Shown here: piece after piece, positions 49,979 to 61,770 of the stretch
Layout of the letters: every line of letters begins with the position of its first letter
How positions within the stretch are numbered: position 1 is the stretch's first letter
From: Octopus sinensis
Lineage: Eukaryota
Direction: 5' to 3'
Assembly: GCF_006345805.1 (NCBI RefSeq)
Contig: NC_043018.1
Location: 5,828,001-5,892,000, forward strand
Length of the DNA: 64,000 bases
Notes under the pieces: model-generated
Seen by the model: the letters and a program-made list of their open reading frames with translations, nothing else
Databases searched by the model: none
What the model was told of the DNA's origin: nothing
Made by a program: the position numbers and the translations under genes

Positions 49979-50722
49979 CGAGGGGCGTTCAATAAGTAAT
50001 GCCCCCGACCCACTTCCCATAGTAGTAGAGCAACAAAACTCGGCACAGTTATTAGTCTTTTTCTACATAGGAACCACCCAGAGTTATGCATTTCTCCCAT
50101 CGTTTGATGCAGCTCTGGATACCGTTTTTGTAGAAGACCCCAGCTTGGTCCTCCAACCACGACGTGACTTCAGAAATCAAGGCTGCATCATCTGGTAAAC
50201 GCTTTCCTTTCAAACACAACTTCATGGGTGGGAAGAGGTGAAAATCAGAGGGTGCAAGATCAGGAGAGTAGGGGGATGGGGGAGAAGCTCATAGCCGCAT
50301 GCGTCGATCTTCCAAAATGGCAGCCTCAACTTGATGGACAGATGCCTCATCAATGGCAGAAGGGGGGCGACCAGATCTGGGAGCTGTTTCCACAGACTTC
50401 TGACCAAGTTTGAATTCACGAAGCCAGCGGTTTACAAGGTCATAGGATGGGGCATCATCACCATAAGTTACTTTCATTTCATCAAAAGTCTCCCGTGGTG
50501 TGCGTCCTTTCAAATACAAAAACCGGATCACTGCTCGACACTCAACAGGCTCCATTTCACACCTGACTCAGTTCAAACACCTGTAAATCAGAAACCACAA
50601 TTAGTTCAGAGCTGTAATTTGCCACTTAATCTATAGAGATATAAATAATTGCACGTGCAAAATTTCAGCTAGATCAAACAACTGCAATTGGGTCAGGGGC
50701 ATTACTTATTGAACGCCCCTCG
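49979..50722 (-). mobile_element. Internally deleted mariner element (744 bp)
   Basis: Perfect 27-bp TIRs CGAGGGGCGTTCAATAAGTAATGCCCC with flanking TA; HTH ORF 50289-50555; C-terminal YELLPHPP remnant. Confidence 0.92.
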
Positions 50723-51787
50723 TACATATATGTATGTATTTCCCTCTCTCTATACATATATAAATATTATATATGCATGTATATGTGTGTGTATATGTCT
50801 GTATAATCACATATGTATACATCAATGCATAAATACACTTTACCTATCTGTCTATCTATCTATCTATGTCTGTCTATCCTTCTATCCATCCATCCATACA
50901 TACATACGTAACATACATACATACATACAAACACACATATATAAATCCATACACATACATATACGTATTGCTTTATGTTGAACGAATGAGAAAGGCTTGC
51001 TCAATACTTATAGAGGATATGGTTTTTTTTCATTGAAAGATTCGCCTGTGGGTCGCTGTGATGTGGATTTCGAGTCGTGAGACAAACTCAGTTTCAGTTT
51101 CAACAAAAGACACACACACACACACATCATATGTTATAGTCCTCCGAGTTCTAACATTTTCTTCTGTGCAATGTCCTCAACCTCAGTGATGTTTATAACC
51201 GCTCGGCACATCCAGAAGAGTGATACTGTGGGCAAAATCTCCCCAAATGCCGAAACTATGTTGAGACTCCATAGCTGACGAGATGTGTCCCATGTCTAAT
51301 TGTCCTTTTATGTTAATAGTTTTCCTTACCCTACTTTGCAGTTACGTTGTTCCTTTCACTAGACGAATTATAAAGCCTATATATAAAACTTGGAAAGCCA
51401 AAGTAATTTACAGTCCGATAAAGGCCACAAAGCTAAATCTTTGGTTTAACTGTCAATCATTTCCTCGTAAAATACCAATTCCGTGTGCATTCTATAATCT
51501 GTGAACTTGTCTGCTTCTTCTCACCTGTTGTCACCAATCTCACCTCTATAAATATGACGATGCTAAGACGATGACAACGACGACGGCGATGATCACCACA
51601 ACCATCCCCTACATCATACCACCACCACCACCACCACCATTATCACAACCAGCATACAGTCACCGACATAACGAAGTGGGCGGCAATTATTGCCACCAAC
51701 ACTATCACTACCACTGACACCACCACACAACCAAGACGACGACGACCACTGCCACCACTACCACCACCACTCTTACCTCACTGCCAC

Positions 51788-51887
51788 NNNNNNNNNNNNN
51801 NNNNNNNNNNNNNNNNNNNNNNNNNNNNNNNNNNNNNNNNNNNNNNNNNNNNNNNNNNNNNNNNNNNNNNNNNNNNNNNNNNNNNNN
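51788..51887. other. Assembly gap (100 N)
   Basis: Run of N flanked by low-complexity sequence on the left. Confidence 0.99.
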
Positions 51888-53756
51888 TAGGGACATAAAT
51901 GCACTAACATCGGTTATCAAGCGGTGATGGGAGAACCAACACAGACACACACACATATATACACAACGGGCTTCTTTCAGTTTTCATCTATCAAATCTAC
52001 TCACAAAGCTTTGGTTGGCCCGAGGTGCCATGCAGTGGGACTGAACACAACCATGTGGTTAGGAAGCAAGCCTCTTAGTACACAGCCATGCCTGCACCAA
52101 TAACACTTTCAAATATACACACACACATATATATAGTAAATCCCAAAAAGAACAAACACAAAAAAACAACGCAAGGATGTGGCACACGTAAAGTATTGGC
52201 AGACACTCACTCAGGTAAGGGAAAAAAAGATGGTTTAACGTTTTGAGCAGATGCTCTCCTTCGGAAACAGAGGGACGATTCACATATGGTTATATATATA
52301 TAATGCACAATAGATGGATTTTCTAATCCAGTGGTACTTACAAAAAAGCTCCTTTAGTGGACCAGGCAAAAAGCCACATAGTAAATTTATACATAGTGGG
52401 TTATTAGCTGTAAAATGATAATAATCTTATGAATATCAAATGGTGAAATAAATATTTTCATTTCATGCCTCCTGCGTTTCTTTATATTCTATGTATGCAT
52501 ACATGTACACGCATTTCTATATATTCTTTTATTTGTTTGTCATTTGACCGCGGCCATGCTAGAGCACCGCCTTTAGTAGAAACAAATCGACCCCAAGATT
52601 TATTCTTTTGTAATCCTAGTGTTTATTTTATCTGTCTCTTTTGCCAAACCGCTAAGTTACACCAACACACCAACATCGGTTGTCAAGTGACGGTGGTGGT
52701 GGGCACAAACACAGACGTATACACACTGCCTTGAAACACATGATATATTAAGTAAATATCGAGTTGATGAAACATATACGTTATCTATCTACCTCCACTC
52801 ATGGATTATCTTTAGTAGGCTCAAAATTCTTCTGGTATCACATTGGTAAAAAGCAATGTGTGGGTCCAGTAAAAAGTAAGATATAATCAAAATAAGAAGA
52901 TAAAAGAGTTTATCATCATCATCATCACCATCATCGTCGTCGTCGTTTAACGTCCGCTTTCCATGCTAGCATGGGTTGGACGGTTTGACTGTGGGCTAGC
53001 GAACCAGATGGCTGCACCAGGCTCCTACCTTTGCTGGCAACAAAGGGCCTCTCCCTCAGAATGAAAGGCAGATTGTATGATGCCAGTGTGCGAACAGCTA
53101 TGCTACTTGGCAATGAAACCTGGGTTGTAACAGCTGAGGACCAACATTCGAAAAGGAACCCAATAATTTTGCCACCGTGAGGTCCAATAATCGAAAGGAA
53201 CTCAGCCACTTTGCCTCAGTATTATCACCATCTGTATTCTCTCTCATATGGATTATCTAATACATATGTGTATATGGATTATCTAATACCAAACTCTTCA
53301 TAGTGTCCCAGGTGCTTTTTACATGGCATTGATACCAAGATAGTTGCCAAGTAACCTGCAAGAGAAGCTCCCCCCACCCCAAGCGAGTGGTGGTGGGGAG
53401 TAGTGCAGATGGTGGTGGCTTTATGCCAGATGGTGCAAGGCTTAGTGCTTTAGTGTTCAGGTTATTCTATCAAATGTAATGCTTATTGATCCACATTGTT
53501 CTGAATTCGTCATACATTATCTCATATCCTTGAGATTTCGACGATGTGATTGTTTAATGGAGAATAACATTGTACGGTAGGTGTGAAAGCTGGGATTTGG
53601 TCAGTTTGAACATAAAACAAATAGAAAATTTTGGTCGGATATGGCCAGTTTAAATGCTAAAGGGTCAGAGTATAAGAGCAGGAAGAGGTGTCTTGGCGTC
53701 AAAGGAGAAACACGGCTACCCCAGTTGGACAAGAATGAAGATGGTAGTGATCATCA

Positions 53757-54330
53757 TCATCATTGTTCGACCGTGGTCGAGACAATGGAATTTACTATGT
53801 TACGCTAGACTTCACGGTCCATCATTGCATTACGGAGGTCCTGTTGCTGGATGCCTGTATCCCTGGAGATTACATCAGGGTAGGAGAGTGTGCACCCTCT
53901 GGTATCGTAAGCAGATGGCTTCCAGAGGAGAAGAGTAGAAATTACCTCGTTTTCAGCTCTACAACAATGTCCAGCAACCTGGACTCTCCTACCTTTCACA
54001 AGAGATGATACAGGTGGTAATTTCCCATATATTTGTACTTTGGTTGGATGACGCTTCCACGGGAGATTTTGAGCTCTCATAAGGAGGCGAGTGTAGGTTC
54101 CATCCAACCGCCTCTCAAGCTTCTTTGATAACGTCCAGGTTTCTGAGCCATATAGTAGAATTAGTTCGACTGTGGCTTTGAAGATTTTTAAGTTTGAAAT
54201 CTCTACTTAAATTTGATGACCAGATCTTATGCATATCATTACAGGCTGACCAGGCCATACCCTTTCTAGTTAGAAAATCTTTTTCAGATGATGATATATA
54301 TGACCCAAGATATTTGTAATCAGAAACCAT
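53757..54330 (-). mobile_element. Second, 5'-truncated copy of the RTEX-type LINE
   Basis: High similarity to 21760-22330. Confidence 0.9.
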
Positions 54331-54639
54331 AGGAGCACCCTTAAGTTATACAAAACGGGTGAATATAAGAGAAGTGGTATGGGTGGGTCAGTAAGTTCGT
54401 AAAAGTGCAAAACAAGGGTGGCAGATGTATAGGGATGGGGTTAAGCGGAATGCAGCAAGTGGTGAACATGGTGGGGGATGTGGTGAATCATGAATATCAT
54501 TTGAAAGGGAAGATGAAAGAAATAGATGTGGTTGATTTTATAGAAGTAAAATTTCTTCATAAAAGCAAATAGAATAATTCTTTTTTTTCGCATTGGCAAT
54601 GCAGCTACCATCAATGATATTTGTTAAAACAAAACTCAC

Positions 54640-54764
54640 CGCTAGAGCAGGTGTGACCAAACCAACAGCGTAATCTGGTGTGTAAGACGTTGTGGTTTCC
54701 ACAGTAGATGTCGCTGCTGTTGCTGTTTCCTTTTCTTTCTTCTGTTGACCAATAGCCTCTTGAT
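54640..54764 (-). CDS. NELFA: NELFA exon (QEAIGQQKKEKE...YTPDYAVGLVTPALA)
   Basis: gttttcag|AT...GCG|gtgagt on -; 125 nt. Confidence 0.92.
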
Positions 54765-55105
54765 CTGAAAACAGAAAACATTTGCTCAGATAATAAATTC
54801 CAATGGCAAAGCAACAGGAAATGTTTCTCTAAATTTTACAGTTAGTTTTATATCTAATGTACATGATAGCAAAACAAAGTTATAAAATATAAATATATAG
54901 CTTCCCCAACTTCAAATTCAACTTTTTGTGTGGTAAGTAGCTTGCTTACCAACCACATGGTTCCGGGTTCAGTCCCGCAGCGTGGCACCTTGGGCAAGTG
55001 TCTTCTGCTATAGCCTCGGGCCGACCAAAGCCTTGTGAGTGGATTTGGTAGACGGAAACTGAATGAGGCCTGTTGTATATATGTGTGTATATATATATAT
55101 ATATA

Positions 55106-55148
<43 letters not shown>

Positions 55149-58100
55149 GAAGACACTTGCCCAAGGTGCCATGCAGTGGGAATGAACCTGGAACCATGTG
55201 AATGGTAAGCAAGCTAGTTACCACACAGCCACTACTGCGCCTGGAAATAATTTATTTTGAAAGGTTGAACTTGAAGTTGGTGAAGCTATAAAGAATAGCA
55301 TGTAAATACTGGGTTGGAAAACCCTTTTGATAGAAAGGGTTTTGAAGGCTACCCTTTGGACTCGAACCCGCATCTGAAGTAAACATGACAGATGGTCTAC
55401 TATTCAACCAAAACAATCCTTGGAATTTCTCTATTTTAGAAACTTTATTCTTACCAACAAGAATTGGTTGCGAAACAATGCTAAGGAATTATTATCATTA
55501 ATAATACTTTCCACTAAAGGTACAAAGCCTGGAATTGGTGGTGATGGTGGCTGAGTGGGTGGGAAACTAATAGATTACATTGCCCCCAGTGTTTCACTGG
55601 TACTTAATTTATCGACCCTGAAAGGATGAAAAGTGAACTCGACCATGGCGGGATTTGAACTCTGAATGTAGCGACGGGTGAAATATTGCTAAGCATTTTG
55701 TCCAGTGTGCTAATGATTCTGCCAGCTCACAACCTTAATAATAAGAAAATCACTGGTACTTAGTTAATCTCAGAAGGATGAAAGACAAAGCAGAGCCCTT
55801 GCAGAATTTGAATTGACAGACACAAAGGGTCAAACATTTTAGAGGGAAGCAAGGGCATAGTTGGTTGTAAAAGCACCAGTATATCACTGATATCTGGGTT
55901 ACAAAGCGAAGTCAAATCCCAATGTAATGAGAAGTCAGAATGCGAAGGGAATTGCATTTGCTTAATAGGATCCTTATTTCAGTACTGAACCGTCATCATT
56001 TCATGTCCCTTTTTCCATGCTTATGGGCTGGACAGAGAACTGCAGGGTTGAGTTGAGTTCCAATGTCAGTTTTGGTATAGTCTAAAGCAGAGCCCTTGTA
56101 GAATTTGAATTGACAGACACAAAGGGTTAAACATTTTAGAGGGAAGCAAGGGCATAGTTGGTTGTAAAGACACCAGTATATCACTGGTATCTGGGTTACA
56201 AAGCAAAGTCAAATCCCAATGTTATGAGAACTCAGAATGCTAAGGGAACTGCATTTGCTCAAGAGGATCCTGAACCGTCATCATTTCATGTCCCTTTTTC
56301 CATGCTGGCAGGGGCTGGACAGAGAACTGCAGGGCTGAGTTGAGTTCCAATGTCAGTTTTGAAATGGTCTCTACAGCTGGATGCCATTACTAAACACCAA
56401 CTACTTCAGTGTGTACTGGGCCTTTTTTTTTTATATTCTTCATAAAATTGATAGGATCAGAGTAACAGAGTGAAGCCTTAAGGTACTAGAAGGCAGACCC
56501 AAAAGTGGAAACAGACAATAGATCAGGGGGCAGAGGTACAAGGGGATAGTTTCACAAGAGTGCGAGAAGAGGTAACGGATGGTCGGGTCAGGCGTGGCAT
56601 CCACAACCATCTGTCTATTCCGTTTCATGGATGAACTATGAACTATGTGAAAATGGGATGGTCGTGGGTGGAACAGAATTGATCATAGATTTGTTGGATG
56701 AAGGCTGACTTAGGTTATAAAGCTACAACAATAACCAAATAATGTCCAACTCACCGGCAATCTTCTTCCGTCGTTTCGCTTCTTTTGCCCCAACAGGTTG
56801 TTCGGCAATTTCTATAAGCTGAAATTGGACCAAAGTATTAGAACTATACACACACATATATATACATATCTCATCAGCATCATCATTTAACGTCTGTTGT
56901 CCGTGTTGGCTGGCATGGGTCGGCACACTGGAAGGCTACACCAGACTCCAGTCTGATATGGTATGGTTTTCTATGGCTGGATGCCCTTCCTGATGCCAAC
57001 CACTTCAAGTGTGTAATGGGTGCGGGTGTTTATGTGCCACTGGCATGGGTGCCATTTGCATGATGCTGGGGTGTGTTTGTGCCACCAGCACATTTGCTAA
57101 TTTGTGTGCGTGCATATGTATGTATGTATGTATGCATGCATGCATGCAAAGGTACATGAAGCCCAGTTAAAACCACAGCCGGCTATTACCAGTAAAGGTT
57201 TTAGTTGCCAATTTTGTACAAGACATTGTAGATCTTTAGCTGGGCTGAAAAGTCACATTTGATCACAGCACCAATAACAATTAAGCTTCGTGCAATGGCC
57301 ATACTCGTTAACGAGGGGGCAGCCATAATAATAATAATAATAATGTATGTATGTATATATCATCATCATCATTTAGCATCCATTTGTCCAAGCTGGCATG
57401 GGTTTGACCAGAACTGATAAGCTGTGGGGCTGCACCAGACTCCAGTCTGATTTGGCATAGTTTCTACAGCTGGATGCCCTTCCTAACGCCAACCACTCTG
57501 AGAGTGTAATGGGTGCTTTTACGTGCCACCAGAACTGGTGCCATTTGTGTGACACCAGTATCTGCCACGACTATGATTTCATTTGGCTTGATGGGTCTTC
57601 CTTCTCAAGCACAGCATACTGCCAAGATTCTCAGTCATTTGCCATTGCTGCTGTGAGGCGCAGCACTCGAAAGGTGCCTTTTACATGCCACCAGCACAGG
57701 TACTGGTTACACAACACTGGCATTGGCCACATTGGCATATATATATATATCAAACATAAATTGAAAACAGAACACAAAGGATATTGCAGTACACTTATTT
57801 TAAGCTTTATAAACAATCTGTCTATATATCTGTTTAATATGCTGACGTAATAACAGATTGTTTATAAAGCTTGAAACACGTGTACCGTGATATCCTTTGT
57901 GTTCTGTTTACAATTTATGTTTGACTAGCACTATGACCCGCCAACAATAATGTACGATGCTATAGTAAAGCTTCACTATATATATATATATATATATATG
58001 TATCTATATATAAAGTTAATCCAAACATGAAAACACAACAACGCGAGGACGTAGAACAAGTATAGTGTTATTGGCCGCTAAGGAAAGAAGGAGGGTTTAA

Positions 58101-58221
58101 CGTTTCGAGCGGAGCTCTTCGTCAGAAACATAGGAAAAGGAAAGATCCAAAGAAGGGAAGATGGAGGAAAAAAAAAAAAATCGCCAACGGTACACACATG
58201 GCCACATTTTGAATGTATCTA

Positions 58222-58253
<32 letters not shown>

Positions 58254-58934
58254 AATACTGGCAAAAAAGTTTGCAGGTGATGAACATAAAAATTTTCATT
58301 TTACCTGTAGGAAGAACATTAAATAAATGTACAACCCAGATGTGGATAATCTAGGACCTAAATATGGAGTGAAGCGTCATATATTGTAAATATAGGTGCA
58401 TTGTTGTACCACTATCCTATATTTACATATATAAATACATATATTCATGCAAAAGTGCCCATGCAACATCATGTAAAAGCGCCTGTGTGGTGCCACATAC
58501 AAGCACTCAGCATACTCTGTGAAATGGTTGGCGTTAGGGCGTCCAGAGACCAAGCCAAATCAGACTGGAGTTTAGTGCAGCCCCTCAGCTTGCCAGCTCT
58601 GGTCAAACCATCCAACCCATGCCAGCATGGATGACAAACGTCAAATGATGATGATGATACATGCACATCCCACCTATGACAGGCTTCATTCAGTTTCCGT
58701 CTACTAAATCCACTCATGAGGCTTTGATCGGCGACCTGGGATTATAGTAGAGGACACTTGCCCAACATAGGCGCAGGAGTGGCTGTGTGGTAAGTAGCTT
58801 GCTTACCAACCACATGGTTCAGGGTTCAGTCCCACTGCGTGGCATCTTGGGCAAGTGTCTTCTGCTATAGCCTCGGGCCGACCAATGCCTTGTGAGTGGA
58901 TTTGGTAGACGGAAACTGAAAGAAGCCTGTCATA

Positions 58935-59003
<69 letters not shown>

Positions 59004-61545
59004 ATGTGTTTGTGCGTCTGTGTTTGTCCCCCTAGCATTGCTTGACAACCGATGCTGGTGTGTTTACGTCCCCGTCACTTAGCGGTTCGGCAAAAGAGAC
59101 CGATAGAATAAGTACTGGACTTACAAAGAATAAGTCCCGGGGTCGATTTGCTCGACTAAAGGCGGTGCTCCAGCATGGCCGCAGTCAAATGACTGAAACA
59201 AGTAAAAGAGTAAAAGAGTATCTAAAAACCAGAAACGTATCAGCACACCTGATGTGGGTCAGGAAACTTACACATGCTACCCATAACGAGCAGGTAGTAG
59301 TCCAATGTACTGTTCGGTAGAGCATCCTACTCCTTTGGGCAGTGGGGCAGAACTAGATAACAAGTTGTTCAATGAACTTACCTTGATGCCACCTTCTTTG
59401 CCTCGTAGACTTCCCGTCGAGGCAGTGGCACGAGGAGTGAGGCTGCTGCTCCGACTGAGACCAGTGCTAGCAGAGAGGAAGCAGTTGCTTGTTGATGCTG
59501 TTGTAGAAGTCGGCGTGGAAGGAGTGCCAGGGGTTCCCGCAACTGTCAGGGGATTGGCTGAGGAAGGACTTCGGTTATTGGTTGGTGTGGTCTTTGCAAA
59601 TGCTAAAGTACACAGAAAGAAAAAAAAAAGAAAAAAATCATACATAAAAATGAAGACACAGGAAAAGAAAATAATAATAATAATCTCTTCTACAAGGCTG
59701 CAATTTGTGGGGAGGGAACTAGCACTTAATTTACTGACTCCAAAAGGACGAAAAGCAAAGTCGACTGCTGTGGAATTTGAACTTAGAACGCAGCAGCGTT
59801 TGGTCCAACATACCTACGATTCTGCCAACTTGCTACCTTAATAATCCTTTCTACTGGAAGCACAAGGCCTCGAATTTAGGGGAAGAAATTAAGTCGATTA
59901 CATCGACCCCAGTGTGTAACTGGTACTTAATTTATTAGTGGCGAGCTGGCAGAATCGTTAGCACGTCAGGCGAAATGCTTAGCGGTAATTCGGCTGCTGT
60001 TACATTGTGAGTTCAAATTCCATCGAGGTTGACTTTGCCTTTCGTCCTTTCGGGGTCAGTAAATTAAGTACCAGTTACACACTGGGGTCGGTGTAATTGA
60101 CTTGATACCTATGTCTGTCCTTGTTTGTCCCCTCTATGTTTAGCCCCTTGTGGGTAATAAAGAAACAGGTACTTAATTTATCAACCCCTGAAAGGATGAA
60201 AGGTGAAGCCGACCCCACCGGCATTTGAACTCGGAACCTGAAGACAGATGAAATACCACTAGGTATTTCGCCCGGTGTGCTAACGATTCTGCCAGCTCAC
60301 TGCCTTAATAATAATAATGATAATAATAATAATAATAATACTGGTGCACTTGGCGCAACATCCAAAATGCTATCTAAAAGACTGAAAGAAATTGGAACTG
60401 AAACTCTCACTGTTGACCTGCAGAAAAGTACCATCCAATATGCTGCAAGAATCTTAAGAAAGATATACCAGCTAATTAAAATCAGCATGCACTAGCATAA
60501 TAATAATGATGATGATAAACAACAACAAAAAAAAAAAAAAAAAAAGCTCCCAGAGAGCGCAGACCTCCGCCAAGGCAACACTAACGTTCTCTCAACGATT
60601 ACCTGGAGATGATTTTTAAAATGGGAATATCTGAAATAAACTCGATTGCTCTCACAAACGAGGAACCCAACCGCTCTCAAAAATTAAGTAAAAAAAACAG
60701 AAAAATTATCCAGAATCCTTGTCTGGTACCTGATCGATCCCACTGGTAGATGTAGAATGTGAAGGTGGCTGTAGAAAATTTAGTAACAGTAATAAATAGT
60801 TTATCCTTATGCAATACAAACCAAAGTTAACAAATTCACCATTCAAAATAGTTACAGCCTAAAGGGAGATAATTGAGAAAGACTTGAAAGTTAACGTAAG
60901 ATTGTAATCATCATCATTTAACATCTGCTTTCCCTGCTAGCATGGGTTGGACGGTTCGACCAGGGTCTGGCGAACCAGACTCCAATCTGATCTGGCAGAG
61001 TTTCTACAGCTGGATGCCCTTCCTAACGCCAACCACTCCGAGAGTGTAGTGGGTGCTTTTACGTGCCACTGGCACGAGGGCCAGTTTGGTGGTACTGGCA
61101 ATGGTGCTTTTTACGTGCCACCTGCACAAGAGCCAGTCCAACGGCATTGGTGACGACCTCGCTTGAATGTTTCATGTGCCACCAGCACAAGTGCTAGTAA
61201 GGCGATGCGGTAACGATCACGCTCGAATGGATCTCACTCATATAAAGTAAATATAACAAATAATCCAGAATCCTTGTCTGGTACCAGATCGATCTCAAAG
61301 TCTAATCAGTTTATGCCAGTCACAAGGCCAAAGATCCTTGAAAGTTTCATCTGAATCCATCTAGTGGCTCTTGAGATATCTTGTCCATGGACAAACAAAC
61401 ACGACTGAAAAAAACCGTCTTTGCCACGGCAGAGGTAATAAAACTATATACTCACTTGGATCATCGAGTTTTTTGGAAAAATTCCTCACTTTGACAGGAA
61501 CTGTATTATTCACATTATTTTTACGGTTGTTGGCAACTTCAGTGG
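54640..61545 (-). CDS. NELFA: Negative elongation factor A, partial (4 internal exons)
   Basis: Exons join in phase and carry NELF-A motifs: RNFSKKLDD (human RGLLRKMDT), RGKEGGIKLIEI (RKERGVKLLDI), GAKEAKRRKK (GREAKRRRK), TPDYAVGLV (TPDYAAGLV). Confidence 0.9.
55787..56361. repeat. Tandem duplication, ~297-bp period
   Basis: AAAGCAGAGCCCTTG starts at 55787 and 56084, with near-identical sequence following. Confidence 0.9.
56755..56818 (-). CDS. NELFA: NELFA exon (LIEIAEQPVGAKEAKRRKKIA)
   Basis: atttcag|CTT...GCCG|gtgagt on -; 64 nt. Confidence 0.92.
57751..57923. repeat. Inverted repeat, ~70-bp arms
   Basis: CAAACATAAATTG...CAATCTGT vs ACAGATTG...CAATTTATGTTTG. Confidence 0.85.
58095..58129 (-). 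ncRNA. Minimal hammerhead variant (extra A after core, ACGT stem III)
   Basis: GTTT-CTGACGA-A-GAGC TCC GCTC-GAAACGTT-AAAC on -. Confidence 0.65.
58770..59220 (+). mobile_element. SINE family A
   Basis: Full-length copy. Confidence 0.85.
59382..59602 (-). CDS. NELFA: NELFA exon (FAKTTPT...Ser/Thr-rich...LRGKEGGIK)
   Basis: actttag|CA...AAG|gtaagt on -; 221 nt. Confidence 0.88.
60330..60490 (+). mobile_element. RLE-type LINE 3' coding remnant within (AAT)n
   Basis: GALGATSK...DLQKSTIQYAARILRK resembles the end of the 45598-46191 ORF. Confidence 0.6.
61456..61545 (-). CDS. NELFA: NELFA exon (TEVANNRKNNVNNTVPVKVRNFSKKLDDP)
   Basis: ttcttttgtag|CC...CCAA|gtgagt on -; 90 nt, phase 1 to 1. Confidence 0.85.
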
Positions 61546-61770
61546 CTACAAAAGAAGAAGAACCAGAACTTAAGTTTCTGTATAAATGAGAAGCAGCCCA
61601 GGGGGTTGGGGGATTTACAATATCAAATTCACATATATGAACTGGCAAAACACATATCTTGTGTATGTGTGTTCAATATTGTTTAAATTTCCGTATATGT
61701 ATATATTGGTAAAAACGGTAAGATAACAAAAGAAAGAAAGAGACCTCTATATTATGTAAATAGAGGAATT

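Noticed and set aside
51250-51290. GAAAC...CTGACGA as a permuted hammerhead
   Set aside because: Only one helix (CTATG/CATAG) lies between the two core segments, with no NUH site or stem I
59305-59841. 178-aa + strand ORF
   Set aside because: Antisense shadow of the NELFA exon plus SINE sequence; TTG start and no recognisable domain
60730-60770. Possible NELFA micro-exon (tttctacag|CCACC...TCAG|gtacc on -)
   Set aside because: The translation shows no NELF-A similarity and the donor lies within a repeat that recurs at ~61265
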